From Chlorokybus atmophyticus (taxonomy: Eukaryota; Plantae; Mesostigma and Chlorokybus algae), in the NCBI GenBank assembly GCA_009103225.1, contig RHPI01003369.1:379500-443499 (forward strand): a DNA stretch of 64,000 nucleotides, in the 5' to 3' direction. Position 1 is the first letter of the stretch, and each line of letters begins with the position of its first letter. The notes below the pieces were generated by a model. That model saw only the letters and a list, made by a program, of their open reading frames with translations, ran no database searches and was not told the origin of the DNA. Positions 37,580-49,216 of this stretch are shown here, in pieces. The position numbers were made by a program, and so were the translations under genes.

Positions 37580-39612
37580 CTAAGCTACAAATACTACAAA
37601 TATCACTAAAAACATGATCAGCACAAAGAACACCTTCATGATCAACCACCGGTTTGATGACAATCGGCTCAAGTACTTCAGAAGATGCGTTTGTGCGTTG
37701 TCCACGTTTGCCAGTGTCTCGTCCATGTTCTCATCAATCCTAATGCACACAAAAGAGTGACATTTTGGTCTGCCAATCGCCACACCAGACACTAGCCGTT
37801 CCCAAGGTCAGCCACATGAGCAAGTAGTTGACAAGGGAGGCAAATAATCACCGCAATAACGCACCTGATGGCAACCTCCCCTTGCTGCGCAACCATTGTT
37901 GCAAGCTGGGTGAAAATGCTGCTCAGTTCTGCGATTGTAGACTCCACATTCTGCAATGCTTCAGCCCGACTCTGCCACTCGCACATAGACATCAGGTCAT
38001 AGACATGCAAAAAATCAGCCAGCAGCAAGCAATCACAGAGCAAGTCTTCGTTCCCAAAGGCATACGTCTCACCTGCAAGTACTGGTCCTGGGCAGGGACC
38101 ATCATCTGCTGTTGCTGTTGTTGCTGCTGCTGTTGACCAAGGCCGGCGGAAGATGCTTGACCAGGTGTAGAATGCATTGGCAACAGAGGACCGTTCTGCC
38201 TGCTTACAAAGATACATATGTGTGCTAGCACAAGCTACGCAGCAGTGCTGAAAACCGACTGACGACTTATGTTTCAAACAATGAGGACCACCGTGTCAGT
38301 AAGTGCAGCATGCACACCTCTTGCCGAAGAGACTGGTGGGTGCAGGTCTGGGTGCAAACGGCAGTGCAGATGTGCTGGCGGCAGCACGAAGCGGCGGTGC
38401 ACCAGGCAAGGGTGGCCCATCATCGGTGGTAGACGAAAATAGAGATCGTCTGCTTTGGTGCTGCTTCAGATTCTGCCCAAGATACAATAGGTTTAGGCAT
38501 TGATACCTCAGTTGAACATTCCCAATACGTGCTACTGCATTTAACATGCGCACAACATCATCACTGTAAGCGAGTTACAAAAACAATTGTTTAGCTGAGC
38601 ACCAAGCACCTCGCTGCGCAAGGACAGGACATCCTTGAAATCTTTTGTTGCACCCATCAGCCTTGTCTTCAATGAGTCAACAACTGTTGCACTATGATCT
38701 GCACTCTGCTTGGTGCCCTCTGCATTAACTCGCAAACTCTGCGAAGCAAGAGAACACCAAGATTAAGCCCAAGAACACCAGCATCAGCTAACAAGAAACA
38801 TTCTCTAGCCAAGAAGCATGCAGACCAACTGCAATTTGACACAAAAATAAATGAAGAACCTGAAGTTCGGCAATGGCTCCGTTCAAAGCTGTTATGTCCT
38901 TTTTAATGACTGCAGTAAGCTCCTGTATCTCCTGGGCCGGATCATCAAACATGGAGGTCCGTTTTGCAAGCTTTGCAAGCTTGCCCAACTTCTGTGAGGT
39001 TGAGTGTATCCCAAGCCCTATGCGCGAGGCTCGACGAGCAAACTCTGACTGGCTTCCTGAGCTTGAAGAGGGCTGCATTGCACAGAAACATTGTTGATGC
39101 GTCGCGATGGCTATGGCACATGTTGCAAGCCACAAGATATTTCAATCCATATTCTGCTTGTGTGCTGACACACTGCGACGAAGCTGCTGATGCATGCCTG
39201 AGAGAAATTAAACCACGTTGCATAACGTACATAGTTTGTAACAAAAACCTAACGCAATGTCAAATCCGCCTTGCAGTGCACTGTGTGGGAGACTTGGCAA
39301 TGAGTACCTGCTCTCAATAACTCAATGTGCCAAGCAACAAACCATGTTCTCGACTAGCACACATTCAAGTTAAGACAACTGGCCCCTTCGTACCAGCAAT
39401 AAGATCCACTTGTACTCAAGCGACGACCATACAGCAAGTAGTGTGATGACAGCCACCTGCGGGGAATGATGGTAGTGACCGTTGGACAAAAGGGGGTCTT
39501 TGTCACTGGTGGAAGGTTGAGAAGAAGAAACAGCTGACACAGCGACAGACTTCCTCAGACGTTCCGCCGTGGCCATGAACTCCGCCGTCCTGTCCCGAGC
39601 GGCGGACGCCAT
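37580..39612 (-). CDS. SYP32: Syntaxin-5 family Qa-SNARE (SYP3 / SYP32-like)
   Basis: N-terminal RDRTAEF (Sly1-binding peptide), SQSEFARRASRIGLGIHSTSQKLGKLAKLAKRTSMFDDPAQEIQELT, SNARE motif SRAEALQNVESTIAELSSIFTQLATMVAQQGEVAIRIDENMDETLANV, C-terminal TM SNRWLIMKVFFVLIMFLVIFVVFVA*. Exons include 39612-39457, 39072-38860 and 38738-38610. Confidence 0.96.
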
Positions 39613-39885
39613 GGCTATGACCCCGAGAGACTACTCTTCACAATTCCAACTACAAATGCAGCTCCTCACAGATGAAAGCAACACACGAGCCTGCTAGCTT
39701 TACCAAGCAATAAAACCCCGCGCTGGCCAATCTCCTCGGAGAAGACACTGATCTCCTCACAACCGATGACGTGGCCCGATTGCTGCAAGGCAGTACGTCG
39801 CCAGCACCATGTAAGCCAGCACTGTTAACAACAAGGACCCCGCCCACCCCGCCGCCCCCCCGCCGGCGCTTCGACCCAGCGCCCG

Positions 39886-39894
39886 AAACCCTAA
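39886..39894 (+). promoter_or_regulatory. Telo-box AAACCCTAA in the SYP3/TAF10 divergent spacer (second, TAGGGTTT, at 40240-40247)
   Basis: Exact motif seen in the 745 bp spacer between the two start codons. Confidence 0.55.
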
Positions 39895-40356
39895 TCCCAG
39901 GTTGTTTTTGCCAGCTGGCGTCACAGGAACGCACCCTTGACTTGACTGTAGAATGGCCGCTGCCCGCGTGCGCGCGTGACAGCAAGCCGCAGTGCGCGGC
40001 ACAGAGTGCACTGCTTGCTAACAAACACCTGCGCTGCGGCGGAAGCGACGACGACGGTGGTGGTGGGAAGGGCGGTGGCGGGGTGATCTGAGGCGTGGTT
40101 GTCGTCTGTGAGCGGAGGTTAACGGGGAGAGAGTGACAGAGACAGGGAGAGAGTCAGGGAGTTTGGGAAGTGGGGCCGAGTTGGGGTGGTTGGTGAGGGG
40201 TGTAGGGAGGGTCGCTGCCTTGCATGGGGGTGGCTAGAATAGGGTTTTGAGGGTTGTTGGGTTGGTTGGTTTTGAGGTTACAGTCGTTTAGGGCATTACT
40301 TGGACGTCTATCTGCATGCGGATGATGCTCTTGTGAGGCCCACGCCAGTGTTGGCG

Positions 40357-41300
40357 ATGGTAGAGGCCAACCAGGAGGGGCTGGAGGAGTTCCTGTCGTC
40401 GCTGGAGGACTACGTGCCCACGGTTGGTACTTTGAACGCGTGCGATGCCACATGCGGCATCCGCCTAGTGTTGCACATCAACATCTGCAACACATATCAA
40501 CTATGCAATGCCCCAGATTCCAGATGATCTAACCAATCACTACCTCGCAAAGAGCGGTCTTCAAGCCAACGACGTTCGCCTGTAAGCGCTCCATGCATGC
40601 AAAGCTTGTGTGCACACATTGTGCGGTAGCTAGTCTTTTCTAATCGTTTTAAGGTGGATTGACGGTAGCGATTTGTTTGATGTGTAGGACACGACTTGTG
40701 TCCATAGCAGCTCAGAAGTTTGTCGCAGACATTGCCAACGATGCCCTACAGTAAGTTGCTCGTCTGGTGAGCACATGCATGTGCTTAGCAGGTATGCGTT
40801 TTTGGAAAGGCATCATGCATGTTTGCATAGAGTATGTGATGGTGCTGACAGTGCTTTTCGCAAATTTTTGTCGTGACCAGATACTGTAAGATTAGGCAGC
40901 AAGCCGTGGGCAAAGAGAAAAAGGCGCAGGCCCTGATGAACAAGGTTTGTATCCCAAACGAGTGTGTTGGATGTTGTTAACTGGTCATAATAGCAGTTGT
41001 GTGTTTAAGTCTACCACTACGGCTTGTTCTGCTGTGTTGTTGGTCGCCGGCCATGGCTTGATGAAGGTTGCGTCACAGGACAAGAGGCTGATACTCACCA
41101 GTGAGGATCTGACGACCGCCCTGCGTGAGGTGAGCACACATATTCTCCCTCACTAAGACTTTTGGATGGTGAAGCGCCTAATATCTGATGTGGCCCAGTA
41201 CGGAGTCAACATTACGAAACAAGAATATTATGCCGATCATCCTGTAGCTGGCAGTGGGTCGGCACCTGCGCCGGCCGCACCCTCGCAACCAAACAGCTAG
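40357..41300 (+). CDS. TAF10: Transcription initiation factor TFIID subunit 10
   Basis: Exons 40357-40422, 40517-40581, 40688-40750, 40881-40944, 41079-41129 and 41199-41300 give LEEFLSSLEDYVPT-IPDDLTNHYLAKSGLQANDVRL-TRLVSIAAQKFVADIANDALQ-YCKIR...DKRLILTSEDLTTALRE-YGVNITKQEYYAD, the TAF10 histone fold. Confidence 0.96.
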
Positions 41301-41995
41301 AGATTGAATTCAGGGTGACATGCGCGTAAGTTGCTGCTGGTATGAGGTGTGCACCGTATCAGCAACGCATCCAGTGTAGGGAGTTGACAGTTGGTAGCTC
41401 TGTTGTAGTCAGGAGTAGGTCAGCATGCTCTCTGGGGAGCCGAAAGCTGTTGGGATGCGACCAAGGGCATGATGCATATTGCCACTTGGTCAGTGCCATC
41501 AAGTTGGGCAATGGCAGGAATTGCCTTGGTGGTCATAGAAGGTTTGCATGTCCACGATGCGTAACTAGCTCATTTTTTGTGCGCGATGGAGAACTTGTCA
41601 CACACAATGATCAAGAGCTTACCTAAGCAACTGGCGCTGACATGCACCCTTGTTTTAATTTGATTATAGTGAAGGATACCTGACAATTCACGAATTGTCA
41701 AGGCAAGACACTAGGCAGCCCCGGACTCCTGTTCATGCTTACTGTACACGAGCCCATCCAGCTTTTGCCCAGTATACCAAACCACATGTCCTGGGCTGCG
41801 TGTCATTTGGATGAATGCCTGATACGGAGGTGGGGGGGGGTGTTGTACTTTTGAGCTTACTGTGGTGTGTTGCTGTGCATTGCTTCACTACACTGCTGTG
41901 GCAATGCATGTCTGTGCAAGTACGTAGCAGGTTAAGTCAAAATTACGGTTGTGTAAAGAGTTGGTTACAGGTGCTGCAGGTGCACTAGCATCCTG

Positions 41996-42175
41996 GTGTA
42001 CAAAAGATGGAGTGCTGATAAGACCGCATGCAAGGGGTCATAAGCATGAGACATGCATGTAGTCATGCACACGCCGCAAGCAAACAGTCAGCAGCAATCA
42101 CAGTGCTATTTCGCCACCGGGCTAGTTACTACTAACGCACTCAACTACCACTACTTGGCTACCCCGTTAGTCATG
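41996..42175 (-). repeat. Inverted copy of the foldback-family repeat between the convergent TAF10 and GH3 genes
   Basis: Reverse complement of ~31724-31903 (gtgtacaaaagatggagtgctgataagaccgcatgcaagggg...ctaccccgttagtcatg). Confidence 0.9.
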
Positions 42176-43083
42176 ATGTGACAGTCTCTGCCTAAATACA
42201 ACACTGCGGAAGTGATTCCCTGACATAATCTGGGGACTGCACTCTACCCCCTGGCCCCAACACGCGACATCCCCCAAAGCCTGCTGTTGTCAGACTGGCC
42301 ACTGCTGACATGCAATGGGTGTCCTACCAGGTTTAAATGCAATTGCTCTGACCTGCCATGGTATTGCGCTGATGTGGCAGGTAGCGTTGTGACTGTGGTT
42401 GTGATAAGTAAAGACACTTAGGCTACGCTGGTTTTTCTCTTTGCGTTCAAAGAGAGGGGACAGGTTATGGCAGTTGAAAGCAACAACCCCAGCAAAGCAG
42501 AGTGCAACATGGTTGTTTTAGCGCATTCTGCAGTGCCCTGCATGTGATACTACAGCTCTCAGGTACTGCAGGCCAAACCACAGTGATGAGGTGCTATGAC
42601 AAATCGTGTTCAGGTTCACAATGCACCGCACGAGGCTCGCACTGGTGTCCCTAGCCACCACCTGTGTACAACAGCTTGTTTGCAAACCTTCAAAGCTGTG
42701 CAGCACACATGCGCATGCGAACACAGCAAGTCGACAGTGAGCACGTAAGCTGTAGAGGCAGTGACTGCAACCGAACATATATTCTCACCATTCTAAGGCC
42801 ACACTCTCCTGTCCGTCCTGCAGCTTGTATGCATGCGCCAATCAAAGGCAGCAGATGGAAGCTATTGCAAGTGCAACTGCCAGCAGCCAGCTCAAGCCAA
42901 GAGAGGCTGATATTGTCGTTCCTGCACGTCACAAACATTGCACGTAAGCACATGCAATAAGCCTCAAGTGTGCAACCGAGCGCTGTGAATGTTGGTGTGG
43001 CATGCATCCCACCTGATGATGCCGGCAAGCTTGCAGGTGCTGTGACTCCAGTCTGCCATAAACATTGAGGTTTCAGTGTCAGC

Positions 43084-46000
43084 TTAACATTCAGTCAGGC
43101 ACAACGATTGCATTGCACTGTTGCGCACCATGTTGAAACTGGCTGATTGCGAGTCAACAATCACAGTCGCCATGGTGGGGTCCAACAACCAGGTTTGCTG
43201 GTTGGGATCCCAGTACTGCAGGTCGTCAGCTGAGATGGTGAATTGGACTGAAGAGCTCTGACCTGTGGCAAGGTTCACCTGCAACGGCCAAACAGAGTGA
43301 GCACATTCAAACGTTACAAGCACTTCCACCAGCAACACACCTTGGTGAAACCTTTCAGCATTTTGCTCTCCGGCGCGACACGCCTGTTCTGCAGCGACAA
43401 AAATAACAACACAGCCTGCAGGCGAGAACAAGAAGGTCAGCGTCAGGTGCACAAGCGGAGTACGCGTGCAGTGCTGCACTACTGTTGATGTGCGGCTGCT
43501 ACCTGCTGTCCAGCGTATGGGCCTTCATTGGTGACTGTGACGGACACGGTTACATTCTGACCAGCAGTGAAATCCGTCACTTTCATCAAACTGGGAGTGA
43601 CCTGAAGGTTTGAGTAGGACCAAGTGGAGTAACTAAGACCGGTCCCAAACTCAAACTCAGTGTCACATGGCGCAAGGTCAGCACCGCAAGTCTGCACATG
43701 AGAACATGTTAGCATGGATGCAACCCGCCAAAGACACAGTCATATGCACTGGACCATGGAAATCACAAAGTTCAAACACCTGATCGCGCTTATGGAAGTA
43801 CAGAAAAGGGACAACGGCAGGGTCTCTTGGATAAGTAAACGGGAGGCGACCGCTTGGATTGATGACACCGAAGATAACCTCAGCAATGGCTTGCCCACCC
43901 ATGGGACCTGGCAATCCCGCATGCATGAAGGCCTGAGCACCGTCCGTTGACCCTGTGCGGATGCAAGCTCATCAAGTTATACTATACATGATTCAAGTTT
44001 GCAAACAAAATTTAACTGGCCCATAGAACTGACCTAGGGTAAGCCGCGGTCGGCCCTGCACCATAACAACGATGAGTGGCGTGCCGGCATTGATGAGGGG
44101 TCTAAGAAGTCGGATGCGCTGGGTGTAAGGCAACTCGAGGGATGGAAGGTTCCCAGGCTGCTCCGCATACACGGGCTCTGATAGCACTAAAATTACTGCG
44201 TCCACAGTGTGCGCGGTGCTTGCAATGGCGTCAGGTGTCCGACAGACGTCATCAATGGTGCAACCGTCATAGTACACAACGCGGACGCCGCTTCCTAACA
44301 GAGCCTGCACAGCAACAGCATGAGCGCTTGCTGACGTTTCCTCTTGTGGACACTTCACAAACAAAGGGCATAATGCTTCTGGTGTCCAAGAGTTTGCTAT
44401 CGCGTGTGCCTCACCTGAACGCCTTGTAGCACAGTTACACCCTGAAGCAAACCTTCTGAAGAGGGCCCAGCAAAGTTGAGCGTCCAACCATTAGCCAACA
44501 GTGTTGTAGAGTTAGCAGCTGGTCCTATAACAAGCACGCTCTTGGCTCCAGATTGATACTCTTGCAGATTAAGTGGGAGGAGAGGACTGCGAACCATACC
44601 ATGCAGCTTACAACATGACAACATGGCAGTTTCATGCAAAGGCCGAGTTGCTGCACACCTGCCATCAACGTCATTGTTCCTGAGCAGCACAATGCTTTCT
44701 CGCGCCACGTCCAAGGCTGCATTCCGATCATCATTACCCCCTACGCTGAGCAACTGCTCAGTGCTCGCAGGGGTGACAGCGTTGTCAAACAGCCCCAAGC
44801 TCTTCTTGAACTGCAGAACACGTGCAGCCGACTACACATATATAGAAGGGTCAGCATGGGACAACATTTTCTGCTTAGGTATGTACAGGTCTACACAGCT
44901 GCGTACCATAGTGATGCGGTCCTCTGGTATGGTGCCATTGTTGACAAGGCTGACCAGATATTCGTTGAACAGCAAGTCTTTTGGCACCATGTTGATGTCG
45001 ATGTCAGACTGCTCCATGGCTATTCTGACAGCATCTTCATAATCTGCAGCTGAGTGGCTGCACGTACAAAGTACAGTTAAGAGCATGCGCAATAAAAGTA
45101 GTCACGTGGGTAATGTGAAACACGAACTTACTGAGTGAAGGCCAGGTTGTTCACTTCACGGTATTCAGAAATGACAACTCCCTGCTCCACCAATCGACTG
45201 TAGGATCAGCCATTGCATATCGTGTCAGCATGCACGCCTCTTCACACGCACCTGGAAACCAAGCGTGTCGCGTAGCAATGTCTTAGAGTATGCCGGGTTC
45301 ACCATCACGGGTAGCCCATTGACCTCGTTGTACGCAGTCATGACGGTTGCCACCCCTGCTGCTAACGCATCACGGTACTGCAACATTACGTGTCAGCTAT
45401 GTGCTATGCACTCGCCATGGCGTGTAGTACTGCAAGTTGATGTGCACGAGCAGACCTGGCGCTGGAAGTATTGGTGGACATACTGCTCTGGTATAGCAGC
45501 GGGCCACCTGTCACGCCCCGTGATAGGAGCAGTCCATGCTGCACAAAATTGAGTTACATGCAGGCTATCTTGGTGGAGAAAACAACTGACAAACCACTGT
45601 CAACACGTTTTACCCAAGAATGTGCGGGCAGTAGCGGCAACAGAAGTGGCATCGCTCAGCTGTGAGCCCTGCATGCCCCGCAGCATCTCTACTGCCATGC
45701 GTGATGCCACAAAGGGGTCCTCGCCAAAGTGTTCATAATACCTGGACCAACCCTGATGGAAACCTGGCTCGACCTGGAGGCACGTGTCATGGTCAGCTCA
45801 ACAACCGCAACCAGTCACAGATGTGTTTTGCTCCGCAGCAAATGTATGTCACGCACCTGAGGGCTGAACAGCCATTTGACTCCTGCAGCTGCAGAGTCTT
45901 TTGCATTAATCGAACCCTGCAGAGCGAGTTGCATGTTGAAATGGCACAAGCATGCAGGAGCTTCAGTCAGCTGAAGCACTGAGTTTCATGAGCCAGACGA

Positions 46001-46983
46001 CCTCAGGTCGACTTACAGTCACGTACGCAGCTGTGGTGTTGAAAGTTGCGGCTAACGTACTTTGATGAGGTAGTATTGTTGCTCCCTGCACGTAGCCGGC
46101 TCCATGCACGTTGTCAAGCGCCCAAACCACTGGCGCCTGCAACAAGGAGAGAAGCGTAACCCAATATGCATCTGATTCAGTGTGAGTACAGCTGAAGCTG
46201 CTTCACTTGCCTTGGCCCCATAGCTTGAAGCTGCAGCCTGCACCTGACTCATAATCTCGCGCCATTCACTAACTGTTGGAGAGTCTTGCAGCACTATTGA
46301 GCACACAGTGAGCATCACCTTGACGAGCCTGACTACGCGATATCAACTATCATGGGGTTTGAAGCACTGTCATTGGCACTCACATGGGTTAAGAAAGCTG
46401 CCGACGTAGTTGGGGCTGCCTAGTACGGATTGGACGTTATCAACCAGGCGGAAACGGCTCGTTGGCGTGCCATTGACTGCTCTGTCTGTTGAAGTTGCAG
46501 CTAAGACCATGCTCACGTCCAGCATGGTCATCTGACCGATCTTTTCTTGCAAGCTCATGCTGTTGACCAGATCCACCATATCATTATCTATGCCAGCCAG
46601 AGTCAGCTGCTGCTGGAGATCCGACAGCCCATTTGGCTGCTTTACTTCACGCATTGGCAACAGCGGCGGTGTGAACTGCATGCAGGACTGCAGTAAGCAT
46701 GCTGCTGTGTTGTTTTAGTGATGTAGTTGAGCCGTCGTACGAGAATGTAGCCGAAGCTCTTGCGGTTTGACATATAGAACAGTCAGTGCAAACTTACTTT
46801 GGAGCTAAAGATCACATCCGCAACCGCCCTGCCGGCCGGGAAACCTGCTACGAAGGCGGCAGCTCCAAGTAGGAGGGGAAGAAGGTGGAGGAGCGCTAGC
46901 GCATGCTCCGAGTCAGCTTGCTGTGACTGTACTTTTCTCCGTTTGCCATTTGACATTGTTGCAAGAAAATTGCTCCAACCCAT
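43084..46983 (-). CDS. Glycoside hydrolase family 3 (beta-glucosidase-like; lysosomal GluA/ExoI type) with a non-canonical active site
   Basis: N-terminal hydrophobic signal/anchor; MSLQEKIGQMT; ALDNVHG; WSRYYEHFGEDP; TVMTAYNEVNG; GLFDN; VARESIVLLRN; VIGPAANS; YAEQPGN; NPSGRLPFTYP; FEFGTGLSYSTWSY; FnIII domain VTVTNEGPYAG...KMLKGFTKVNL. Many GT-AG exons. Confidence 0.93.
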
Positions 46984-47500
46984 CGTTCAACTACACACAC
47001 AGCCAAGCTGGACTGCTAGTACATTCGCTTATAGCAGCGAGCCAGCATCAAAGCCGTGCACCGCTCTTCATGGCAGCAGTAGCGAAGCAGCAAGAACCTG
47101 CTTGTGACACCCAAAGCAAACACCCGGACTGCACCGCCTCCGGCGGTAACGACACCGCCGCCCACCAGACACCACTAGCAGCCTGACTTGACCATCCTGA
47201 CCAGGCCACACCACCCCGGCATGCACGCACACATACGTATAGCGACCGTCGGATGGGGTCATCCGACGGCTCAATGCGCAGGATCCGAAAAGGCCGACAA
47301 GTTGGCGACAACGTACACTTTCACGTGTGTTGGCAAGTGCATGTTTGATGATTCCATGCAGCAGCAAGCAAGCCAGAGGCGCCTCGGTGAGTCATCACTG
47401 CGAGGCGCTACTGTGCTGCACAGTGTGCCGGAGCACAGAAGAGGCAAGGGTGGAATTGGAAGTTCCGTTATAAGGGCTTTTATGTTCGGAAGCTCCTCTG

Positions 47501-47509
47501 TTAGGGTTT
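47501..47509 (-). promoter_or_regulatory. Telo-box (TTAGGGTTT) about 90 bp upstream of the Rieske ATG
   Basis: Exact AAACCCTAA on the minus strand in the GH3/Rieske divergent spacer. Confidence 0.55.
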
Positions 47510-47598
47510 GAGGGGCGGTGCCGTAGGTGTTGTCGGCTGCGGTGGAGGCGGCGGGAAGCGTGAGGTGATTGCGGAGGGGCGATTTGTGGGGGGTCAAC

Positions 47599-49216
47599 AT
47601 GCTGGCTCGCGCTGCCGCGCGGCGTGTTGGCGCCGCGCGGGGTCTGTTGTCCCGGCCTGCCGCGAGCGCTGCAGCCAAGCCCTTGCTTGCTGGAGGCTCA
47701 GCTGGAGATCACAAGCAGTCAGCGCCAAGTCCGTCTGCTGCGGCTTGGGGTGCTTGGCAGCTTCAGTCGCTGCGGAGTACGTGCTGTCGTCGTTTCTTTA
47801 ATTTGCTCACACCGCTTGCCAGCAAACGGCTCATTTGTTGTTCAGCATGTTGCGTGTTACAAACTTTCTACTGTCAAGTGCTTGTGCTCTGTGCGTAGAT
47901 ACGTTGTACTTTTCCATGCGCAACAATTCTTTTGTTGCTACCCGGCACTGAATTGCAATATGCTGTTGGGCCGTATACTCCACCATTGCGGAGTTATGTG
48001 TGTAGCACCGCAAGACTTTACACGTTGCTCGGAACACACCCGGCTTCAACTGCTAGTCACTAGCCTTTAGCACGATGAGAATCAAGATTCATTCAGTTCA
48101 ACAGTCGACCATTCTTGTTATTTCTAGGGTTGTAGTCCTAGTATTCTGTCATATATGTTACTGCTAACATGATGGTAGCCCCAGCCAGTCTTGCTTCCTT
48201 GAGCAATCAGCAGCTGAACCTCTTACGCAAAATCTCGCACTGGTGCATTGTGCGGACAGTACTCTTCTTACTTCAGTAACCAAATGCTTGCCGTGCAGGC
48301 TTTGCAACCGATGCTCTGGCCGCACCGGGCGAAGGCGAGAAAACCAATGCCGTGGAAGCTGTGCTGAAAAACCCAAGTGCCAATATCGCGTATGATACCC
48401 ATATGCACGACCGCTTCCGACCTGGCGACCCATCTAAGCGCGCATTTACATACTTTGTGATGACTGGTGGCCGCTTCATCTACGCCGCAACTCTTCGGCT
48501 GCTTGTCTTGAAGTTCATCCTGTCCATGCAGGTAAATAGTTTGACTTACAGTAATTGTGCGCATTGCATGTGCATCCAAGCTGTTCAACCTTGCGCAGTC
48601 GTAGTGATCTAGTCTTATGCCATCTGTGGAAGGCAGTGAAGCGATGGCTCTAGTGGTCAACAATCCGCCAATTTCTGTTGCGTACAGGCGTCGAAGGATG
48701 TGTTGGCCATGGCATCGCTGGAGGTGGACCTTTTGCCCATTGAAGAGGGTCAGACTGTCACTGTCAAGTGGCGTGGAAAGCCGGTGTTCATTCGGCATCG
48801 CACGGCGCCAGAGATCGACAACGCCAATGCCATTGATCTTGGCTCTCTGCGTGACCCACAGCCCGACAGCGCCCGCGTAGTGGTATGTCATTCACCATTA
48901 ACTGGTGATTGTCATGCTTGTGGCTTGGAGACCGGTTTGGTCACACCAGTGCAGCCACATATGTTGGGATGCATGCACATCACCTTGCTGACCTCCTTTT
49001 CATGTGCAGAATCCGGAATGGCTGGTGGTTGTTGGTGTTTGCACGCATCTGGGTTGTGTGCCGCTGCCCAATGCCGGCGACTATGGCGGCTGGTTCTGCC
49101 CTTGCCACGGTTCCCACTATGATATCTCAGGCCGCATCCGCAAGGGGCCTGCACCCTACAACCTGGAAGTTCCACAATACAAGTTCCTGGATGAGAACAA
49201 GCTGTTGGTTGGCTAG
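47599..49216 (+). CDS. UQCRFS1: Mitochondrial cytochrome bc1 Rieske iron-sulfur subunit
   Basis: Exons 47599-47776, 48299-48531, 48688-48882 and 49010-49216. Arg/Ala-rich transit peptide; [12 protein letters not shown]; [13 protein letters not shown]; [13 protein letters not shown]; Rieske boxes CTHLGC and CPCHGS; [10 protein letters not shown]. Confidence 0.98.
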
